Virus record (IMG/VR): IMGVR_UViG_2687453619_000001 | Coordinates: 1-64,000 of that record | Reading direction: 5' to 3' (one strand) | DNA from: a virus | Lineage: Duplodnaviria > Caudoviricetes | Length of the DNA: 64,000 nucleotides | Shown here: positions 57,155 through 64,000 of the stretch, piece after piece | Layout of the letters: every line of letters starts with the position of its first letter | How positions within the stretch are numbered: the first letter of the stretch is position 1 | Program-made: the position numbers and the translations under genes | Notes under the pieces: model-generated | Told to the model about the DNA's origin: nothing | Databases searched by the model: none | What the model saw: the letters and a program-made list of their open reading frames with translations, nothing else

Positions 57155-59263
57155 ATGCCTGGACTCCAAATCATCATCACCAATGCTGGCCGCGCCGCCT
57201 TAGTCAATGCCGAGCACAACGGCACGGCGCCGCTCAAGATTACCGAAATCGGTATCACTGCCGCTGTCTTCACGGCAGGTAAAGAGACGACCGCCTTGCC
57301 GGATGAAATCAAGCGCTTGTCAACCATTTCCGGCGAAGTCGTGGCGCCCGATACGCTCCACGTCACCATCCGCGACGATGGCGCCGACACCTATACGGTG
57401 CGCGGCATTGGCTATTGGCTCTCCAATGGCGTCTTGCTGGGTGTCTACAGCCAGCCCGAACCGATCTTGCAAAAGTCCACGCAGTCGATGCTGCTGCTGG
57501 CCGCTGATGTGGTTTTTACCGATATCAAAGCCACCTCGCTGACCTTCGGCGATGCCAATTTCACGAACCCGCCGGCGACTGTCGAGCGCCAGGGCGTGGT
57601 CGAGCTGGCGACCCCAACTGAGACCGTCGCTGGCACAGACGGCACCCGCGCCGTCACGCCGGAAGGGCTGACGCCGGCCTTGGCGCAGGCCATCGCCAAA
57701 CACCTGGTCGCAGTTGATCCGCATCAGCAATACCTGACCTCAGAACGCGGCAACACGTTGTATTTCCATAAGCTACCAGCCGTTACCGATAGTGATACCC
57801 ATTGCGATACCTTACTGGACACCGGCGTGCGCGATGTGTCGGTCGCCAATGATCGCGGCGTCATTGCCGCCACCGGCCTACCTATGGGCGCCGATGGCTA
57901 TGGCACCCTGACCACCGAGAACGGCGGCCAGTTCGTGCACCAGGTCTATACCGAAGGCACCACCGCACGCAGAACCTGGCAGCGCACCGGCTACCTGGGC
58001 GCACCGCTGCCATTCATTGGGCGCGACTGGAAGTTGCTCTGGGATTCCGTGACGTTCGACCCCGCTTCCAAACAAGACAAGCTGCCCTTTACACCGGTCC
58101 AGCAAGGCACCGGCATCGGGCAGAAATCCAATGTCGTAAAAATTGGCTGGTCGGGCGGAAACCTGAAAGTCACCGTCGACGATACCGACATGGGCGCCGT
58201 GATATTCCAGGCGAATCTGGAAGCAGCGCTTAAAAATTATCTACCGCTGACTGGCGGCAGTGTTACTGGCCTCTTGCAAGTTTCCGGGTCCACTGGCGCC
58301 ATTGGCAGCCTCGGCCCCGGCCGGCCATGCATCGAGGTGGCGTCAAGCGGCAAGTCCGATGATGCTTACATGACCTTTCACAAGCCAGGTGCGTACGCAA
58401 CACACCTCGGGCTAGACGCCAATAATGACCTATCCGTTGGCGGCTACTCAATGGGCGCGGTTTCCTACAAGCTGTGGCACGCCGGTAATTTCGATCCAGC
58501 GGCCAAGCAAAACAAACTTGGCTATACGCCCGTCCAGGAAGGCACCGGCGTCGGTCAGCTCCCTAACCGGGTAAAAATTGGCTGGGCAGCCGGCGATGGC
58601 CTGAAGGCCACCGTCGACGCCACCGACCAGGGCTATTTTGTATTTGCTAATCAGACTTTGCGCATGCGCTGGGTGGGGCAATCTGGTCAGCCGCCGTGGT
58701 TGTTGGGTGGTAGTAGCGCGGGCGATATATGCGTCTACAACCCGTCTGAATTCAGCGTCAAATATGCCACCGATAGCGCACGTTCGCAGAATTCCGAAAA
58801 CATCAGCAACGGCAACAGCTATATGCGGCTCCAGTGGTCTGATCCCGGCGGCCAGACCCTTTACGTATGGGGTAGCGACGGGCCGACCACAGCGCGCCTG
58901 TCGGTCGTCGGTAATCTCAGCGTCGGTAATGCGCGTACCTGGAGCGGCTTCCCGTTGCGCTTTGCAGAAAATCCCGGCGCCCAGCCCTATTACGTGCTGG
59001 GTATCGAGGCCGGTCACAGCGAGTTTTCTATCTACAACCGAACATCGATGGCGGTCGGCTCCTGCGTCTCAGCAATGTATGCAAACCAGCTGTCTGGCGC
59101 AGGACTGCAAAGCCAAGGTATCGGCGGTTACATCATGAACAAGAACTACACCTCTCCCGAGGTCGCCGGCGCCTGGGAGTTGCGCGGCTATGCCTACGAC
59201 TTCGGGTCGGGCGGCGACGGTGGTGTCGGTTCACGAGCAGCTTTATGGCAAAGGGTGGGGTAA
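57155..59263 (+). CDS. tail fibre (copy 2)
   Basis: 702-aa paralog of 14390-16498. Confidence 0.88.
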   Translation: MPGLQIIITNAGRAALVNAEHNGTAPLKITEIGITAAVFTAGKETTALPDEIKRLSTISGEVVAPDTLHVTIRDDGADTYTVRGIGYWLSNGVLLGVYSQPEPILQKSTQSMLLLAADVVFTDIKATSLTFGDANFTNPPATVERQGVVELATPTETVAGTDGTRAVTPEGLTPALAQAIAKHLVAVDPHQQYLTSERGNTLYFHKLPAVTDSDTHCDTLLDTGVRDVSVANDRGVIAATGLPMGADGYGTLTTENGGQFVHQVYTEGTTARRTWQRTGYLGAPLPFIGRDWKLLWDSVTFDPASKQDKLPFTPVQQGTGIGQKSNVVKIGWSGGNLKVTVDDTDMGAVIFQANLEAALKNYLPLTGGSVTGLLQVSGSTGAIGSLGPGRPCIEVASSGKSDDAYMTFHKPGAYATHLGLDANNDLSVGGYSMGAVSYKLWHAGNFDPAAKQNKLGYTPVQEGTGVGQLPNRVKIGWAAGDGLKATVDATDQGYFVFANQTLRMRWVGQSGQPPWLLGGSSAGDICVYNPSEFSVKYATDSARSQNSENISNGNSYMRLQWSDPGGQTLYVWGSDGPTTARLSVVGNLSVGNARTWSGFPLRFAENPGAQPYYVLGIEAGHSEFSIYNRTSMAVGSCVSAMYANQLSGAGLQSQGIGGYIMNKNYTSPEVAGAWELRGYAYDFGSGGDGGVGSRAALWQRVG

Positions 59264-59862
59264 TGGCAAAAGTAAAAACAAAACAAGCAATCGAGCAAGT
59301 GACCGCAATTCCAGCAGCAGCACCAGGAGACATTGTCCAGGAGCTGCCGCCTATCGCAGAGCAAGCACCGCTTCCGCCGGCGCGGCCTCTTATGTTTCCG
59401 GAATTGCAGCCTGCGGAGCCGCCAAAGCCGGCCGACCCGTTCGCTTATTCCGACATCAAGGACATTGTCCGGGTGGCGGCGGGCTATCAGTGCGCAGTGA
59501 AATTTCTTCATCGTGACGACTATCTTGCCTACCTGGCCTGTCCGGATGATGTGGAAGCGCATGGCCGCGCCATCCATGCGGAATGCGAAGCCCGCGCAGC
59601 AGACGGCGTACCAGACTACTTTCCGAGCGACGACGAGTTCCTGACCGTGGCGCAAGAACGCATGTCCGGCGAACTGCGCCGCGCCAATAGCGAAGTGACC
59701 AAGTATCAGGACCGCGTCGACGTGGACGACGCCAGCGACGCCGATATCGGCTTGCTGCTGGCCTGGAAGAAATACCGCGTTGCCTTGAACCGCATCCCGG
59801 ACCAGGCCGGCTATCCGCACGTCATTACCTGGCCGGTTACACCGGACCCAGCCACCGTTTAA
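59263..59862 (+). CDS. tail fibre assembly chaperone (copy 2)
   Basis: paralog of 16498-17094. Confidence 0.85.
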   Translation: MAKVKTKQAIEQVTAIPAAAPGDIVQELPPIAEQAPLPPARPLMFPELQPAEPPKPADPFAYSDIKDIVRVAAGYQCAVKFLHRDDYLAYLACPDDVEAHGRAIHAECEARAADGVPDYFPSDDEFLTVAQERMSGELRRANSEVTKYQDRVDVDDASDADIGLLLAWKKYRVALNRIPDQAGYPHVITWPVTPDPATV

Positions 59863-59889
59863 TTATTTACCTCATTCACAGGAGAAGAT

Positions 59890-61062
59890 ATGCCTACTGA
59901 TTACCACCATGGCGTGCGCGTCATCGAAAAGAACGACGGCACCCGCCCGATCCGCACCATCAGCACCGCCGTCATCGGCCTGGTCGCCACCGCCGAAGAT
60001 GCCGACCCGGCTGTTTTCCCGCTCGATACGCCGGTCCTGCTGACCAACGTTCTTGCCGCCATAGGTAAGGCCGGCACCAAGGGGACGCTGCGGCGCGCCC
60101 TGGACGCCATCGGCCTGCAGACTAAACCGTTTACGGTGGTGGTGCGTGTCGCCGAAGGCAAGGACGAAGCCGAAACCACCTCTAATGTGATCGGCACCAC
60201 AACCGCGGCCGGCAAGTACACCGGCGTCAAGGCGCTGCTGGCGGCGCAGGCCAAGCTGGGCGTCAAGCCGCGCATCCTGGGCGCGCCAGGGCTGGATACC
60301 AAGGCCGTGACGAACGCCCTGGTCGCCGTTGCCCAGAAGCTGCGCGCTTTTACCTATGCGGCCGCGCATGGCTGTTTGACCAAGGAAGACGCCGTGTTGT
60401 ACCGGAAAGACTTCGGCCAGCGCGAACTGATGCTGATCTGGCCCGATTTCGTGAGCTGGGATACCGCCACCAATGCGGACGCCAATATTTCCGCAGTGGC
60501 TTACGCTCTGGGCCTGCGCGCCAAGATTGACGAGGAGGTAGGCTGGCACAAGTCCCTCTCCAATATTGTCGTCAACGGGCCGACCGGTATCTCTGCGGAC
60601 GTGTTCTGGGATCTGCAGGATCCTGCCACCGATGCCGGCTTCCTGAACAGCAAGGAAGTCACCACCCTGATTAACAGCGGCGGCTTCCGCTTCTGGGGTT
60701 CGCGCACTTGCGAAATGCCGGAATTCTTCTATTTTGAGAACTACACCCGTACCGCCCAGGTGCTGGCCGACACCATTGCAGAAGCGCATATGACCTATGC
60801 CGACAAGCCCTTGCATCCGTCCTTGGCAAAAGACCTGGTCGAGAGCATCAACGCCAAATTCCGCGACCTGATCAAGCAAGGCTATCTGATCGGCGGCAGC
60901 GCCTGGTGCGACGAACAGTTCAACAGCAAAGAGAATTTGAAGGATGGCCGGTTGACGATCGATTACGACTACACGCCGGTTCCGCCTCTGGAAAACCTGA
61001 TGTTCCAGCAGCGCATCACCGACCGCTACCTGGCCGACTTCGCCGCCGCCGTCAACGCCTAA
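59890..61062 (+). CDS. tail sheath gpFI (copy 2)
   Basis: paralog of 17122-18294. Confidence 0.95.
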   Translation: MPTDYHHGVRVIEKNDGTRPIRTISTAVIGLVATAEDADPAVFPLDTPVLLTNVLAAIGKAGTKGTLRRALDAIGLQTKPFTVVVRVAEGKDEAETTSNVIGTTTAAGKYTGVKALLAAQAKLGVKPRILGAPGLDTKAVTNALVAVAQKLRAFTYAAAHGCLTKEDAVLYRKDFGQRELMLIWPDFVSWDTATNADANISAVAYALGLRAKIDEEVGWHKSLSNIVVNGPTGISADVFWDLQDPATDAGFLNSKEVTTLINSGGFRFWGSRTCEMPEFFYFENYTRTAQVLADTIAEAHMTYADKPLHPSLAKDLVESINAKFRDLIKQGYLIGGSAWCDEQFNSKENLKDGRLTIDYDYTPVPPLENLMFQQRITDRYLADFAAAVNA

Positions 61063-61089
61063 CCAATTACAGAAAGGGAGCATCACACC

Positions 61090-61599
61090 ATGGGTATGCC
61101 AAAGAAACTCAAGGCTTTTAACTTGTTCGACAACGGCAATTCCTATCACGGCGAGGTGGAGGAAATCACCTTGCCGAAACTCTCCCGCAAGATGGAGGAG
61201 TACCGCGCCGGCGGCATGACCGGTCCGATTTCGGTGGATTTCGGTAATGAAGCCATCACCCTGGAATGGACCGCCGGCGGCATCATCCTAGAAGCCCTGC
61301 TGCAGTACGGCGCCCGCAGCCACAATGCCACCCAGCTGCGCTTCGCCGGCGCCTATGAAAACGAAGATGACGGCACCGTGTCCGCCGTGGAAATCGTCGT
61401 GCGCGGCCGCCACAAGGAAATCGACATGGGCAACGCCAAGGCCGCCGAAGACACCAAGCAGAAATATACGACCGCCTGCAGCTACTACAAGCTAACCATC
61501 GATAACCGAGTCATTTACGAGTTCGACTTCATCAATGGCGTTGAAAAAATCGGCGGCGAGGATCGTAACGCCTCTATTCGCCGCGCCATCGGCCTGTAA
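61090..61599 (+). CDS. tail tube gpFII (copy 2)
   Basis: paralog of 18322-18831. Confidence 0.95.
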   Translation: MGMPKKLKAFNLFDNGNSYHGEVEEITLPKLSRKMEEYRAGGMTGPISVDFGNEAITLEWTAGGIILEALLQYGARSHNATQLRFAGAYENEDDGTVSAVEIVVRGRHKEIDMGNAKAAEDTKQKYTTACSYYKLTIDNRVIYEFDFINGVEKIGGEDRNASIRRAIGL

Positions 61600-61665
61600 G
61601 CCAGGTCAAGAACAACCCCAACCCCTTTTTATTTTTTACTTATAAAACCTTTACTTCAATCTCTT

Positions 61666-62016
61666 ATGAAAAACGCCACCATGAATACGCAAGAAAATAT
61701 CGCCTCCGACATCACCGCTTCCGGCGTGTATAAAACCGTCACCCTGGAAGAGCCGCTGACCCGTGGCGACACCCTGATCACCAGCGTCCAGATCCGCAAG
61801 CCCGTGGCGGGAGAGCTGCGCGGCGTCTCGCTGATGGATCTGGGTAATCTGGATGTCGTTTCCCTGCAGCGCGTCCTGCCGCGCATCACTGTGCCGACCT
61901 TGGCGCCGCATGACGTGGCGAAGCTGGATCTCGCGGACCTGATGGCGCTGGGTTCCGAGGTGGCCGTTTTTTTGCTGAAGAAAGCAGATCGTCCGGTGGT
62001 CTACCCGAATTCGTAG
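61666..62016 (+). CDS. tail assembly chaperone gpE (copy 2)
   Basis: paralog of 18957-19307. Confidence 0.9.
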   Translation: MKNATMNTQENIASDITASGVYKTVTLEEPLTRGDTLITSVQIRKPVAGELRGVSLMDLGNLDVVSLQRVLPRITVPTLAPHDVAKLDLADLMALGSEVAVFLLKKADRPVVYPNS

Positions 62017-62141
62017 AAGATGCGATGGCCGATATTGCGACGGTGTTTCACTGGCCGCCGCAGGCCATGGAGGAACTAGGTATTACGGACTTGATGGCCT
62101 GGCGCGAACGCGCCAGGGTGCGCAGTGGTGCGGAAGAATAG
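61967..62141 (+). other. -1 frameshift site and gpE' extension (copy 2)
   Basis: TTTTTTTG at 61967-61974; -1 frame reads MADIATVFHWPP to TAG 62141. Confidence 0.85.
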
Positions 62142-62153
62142 AGAGTCAAAAGG

Positions 62154-64000
62154 ATGAATGACAAGCAACTGCGGTTACAGGTGGTCTTTGCGGCGCTGGA
62201 CAAGCTGACCGCGCCGTTAAAGAAGATCATGGGCGAATCGAACGCCCTGGGCAAAGCCATCAAGGCCAATAGTGACCGATTGAAGGAATTGAACGCCCAG
62301 CAGCGGGATGTTGGGCGGTTCCGCGAATTGAGCGCCGGCGTGCAAGCCAGTTCGGGCAAATTGCGCGAGCTGCAGCAGCACATCGGCGGCCTGGCCCAAA
62401 AGATGCGAGAGACGGCGCAGCCCACGCGCGCCATGACACGGGAATTTGACGCAGCAGTGAAATCTGCCGGCGCGCTCAAGCGTGCAGGCCTGCAGCAGAG
62501 TGAACAATTGCAGGTTCTGCGTGACCGCCTATCCGGCGCCGGCATTGGCACCGACCGGCTATCGAAATATGAGCGCAACTTGCGGAGCGATATTGCTGGC
62601 GCGAATGTCCAGCTGGCCGAGCAGCAGAAGCGGTTAGCGGCGATTGCCGGCCATCAGCAGAAAGTCGTCGCAGCGGGTCAGTATGCCGGCAAGCTGCGCA
62701 CGACTGCCGGCAATGTCGCCACTGCCGGCGTCGGTGCGACCGTCGCCGGCGGTGCTGTCGGTGCGCCGCTGGTGGCTGGTCTGCAGGAGGCGAAGCAGTA
62801 CCAGCAAGAGGTATCCCAATTTCGCAGTCTTGGCATTGGCGATGCAAAATTAAAAGAGGCCATTAATTTTTCTAAAAAAATGAATATCAAGGGAAGCAGT
62901 GAACAAGACAATTTGAAAATGCTCAAGGAGGCCTATTCCATTACCCGCGATATGCATCATGCAGAAGAGATCACCCCGTTGCTGGCAAAAATGAAATTCG
63001 GCATTGAATCCGTGATGATGAAGGGCGGGCATGGTGGCGGACACGGAGAGATGGCCGAAAACATGTTCATCGATTTGATCAAAACGGCCGAACTGCGCGG
63101 ATCCTTGAAGGACATGGAGTCCTTTAAAAATGCCGTCAATATGGCGACGCAGACTTACGTTGCCTCTGGTGGATTGGTCAAACCGGAGGAATTGCTCAAT
63201 ACGATTAAAACAGGTGGCATTGCAGCAAAACAGCTAAATGACAAGAGTTTCTACTTTGGCTTGCTGCATTCGATACAGGAAACTGGTGGATTTCGCTCTG
63301 GTACTGGGTTAATGAGCGCCTATACCAACTGGGCGCAAGGCCGGACGACGCAGCAATCGGCCGAAGAACTGGTCGGCCTTGGGATCATGAAAAAAGAATC
63401 GGTCCTATACGGGAAGGCAGGCCACGTCAAAAAAATCATGCCCAATGCCATGAAGCAAGCGGAGAAATACAAGACGGATCCATTCGCATTTTTGTTGGAA
63501 GACATTGTTCCAAAAATTCAGGCAGAGGGAAAACACACCGATAGCGAAATAGTGAGTCGCATCGGGGAATTATTCTCGTCACGCAAGGGCGGGGACTTGT
63601 TCGCTTCGATGTACCTGGAGCGCGAAAATATCAAGAAGCACATGGGCGCCGCGCCAAATGCATTCAATGTCGAGAAACTTTATAACGAAGCGGGCAACAA
63701 CGTTACAGGTCAAGAAAACGACGCCACCGCAAAACTGGCTAACTTGAAGCTGGCAATGGGCGAGAAGATCCTGCCGTTGTATTCCAGCGCCATCGAGATC
63801 GTGACCAAAGCGCTGGAAGGTTTAAATGGTTTCATGGACCGTAACCCGGTCACGGCCAAGGCGATGATTGTGGGCTTCGGCGTACTTGCCGGCATCCTGG
63901 TGGTGCTGGGGCCGCTGATGCTGGGCCTGGCTGCCTTAATCGGTCCCTATGCGATGTTGCACATGCTGTTCGCCAAGATGGGCATTGCCGGTGGTGTGCT
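62154..64000 (+). CDS. tape measure protein gpT (copy 2, truncated by the window edge)
   Basis: starts MNDKQLRLQVV; collinear with 19445 onward. Confidence 0.92.
   Translation, partial: MNDKQLRLQVVFAALDKLTAPLKKIMGESNALGKAIKANSDRLKELNAQQRDVGRFRELSAGVQASSGKLRELQQHIGGLAQKMRETAQPTRAMTREFDAAVKSAGALKRAGLQQSEQLQVLRDRLSGAGIGTDRLSKYERNLRSDIAGANVQLAEQQKRLAAIAGHQQKVVAAGQYAGKLRTTAGNVATAGVGATVAGGAVGAPLVAGLQEAKQYQQEVSQFRSLGIGDAKLKEAINFSKKMNIKGSSEQDNLKMLKEAYSITRDMHHAEEITPLLAKMKFGIESVMMKGGHGGGHGEMAENMFIDLIKTAELRGSLKDMESFKNAVNMATQTYVASGGLVKPEELLNTIKTGGIAAKQLNDKSFYFGLLHSIQETGGFRSGTGLMSAYTNWAQGRTTQQSAEELVGLGIMKKESVLYGKAGHVKKIMPNAMKQAEKYKTDPFAFLLEDIVPKIQAEGKHTDSEIVSRIGELFSSRKGGDLFASMYLERENIKKHMGAAPNAFNVEKLYNEAGNNVTGQENDATAKLANLKLAMGEKILPLYSSAIEIVTKALEGLNGFMDRNPVTAKAMIVGFGVLAGILVVLGPLMLGLAALIGPYAMLHMLFAKMGIAGGV

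Larger units (their letters stand above)
31864..64000. mobile_element. P2-like prophage 2 (right end outside window)
   Basis: ori-like iterons, cos-like sites and cargo, then a second collinear Q-to-T module. Confidence 0.92.

Overview
The window holds two related P2-like (Peduovirus-type) myophage prophages in tandem and in the same orientation, joined at an intact tRNA-Arg(CCT) gene (31789-31863). The host is probably a betaproteobacterium (inference). Prophage 1 (<1-~31.8 kb) runs from portal, terminase, capsid, lysis and tail genes through a repressor, a CII-like gene, ogr and a primase-helicase to a tyrosine integrase. Prophage 2 (~31.9 kb->64 kb) starts with an iteron-rich ori and two cos-like sites, then a ~9 kb cargo region, then a second structural module cut off inside the tape-measure gene. 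The structural genes are near-duplicates (head-region offset 39,826 bp), but each copy carries different cargo at the same hotspots. Most notable: (i) a five-gene AT-rich GNAT-PUA / ASCH / GNAT / membrane protein / NMP-kinase locus next to the portal, a candidate anti-phage system based on base or nucleotide acetylation; (ii) a com-linked C5 DNA methyltransferase whose motif IX is encoded in a fully nested alternative frame (M.EcoHK31I-like), at the position where prophage 1 has a Dam-type enzyme; (iii) a PAAR-amidase-immunity T6SS effector cassette and an SOS/SRAP module lying between the two cos-like sites; (iv) AbiTii-like and PD-(D/E)XK-like morons, an unannotated 33-codon antisense membrane peptide, and an IS1182 element that duplicated a 24-bp terminator hairpin. 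All assignments come from motif recognition by eye; no database searches were run.
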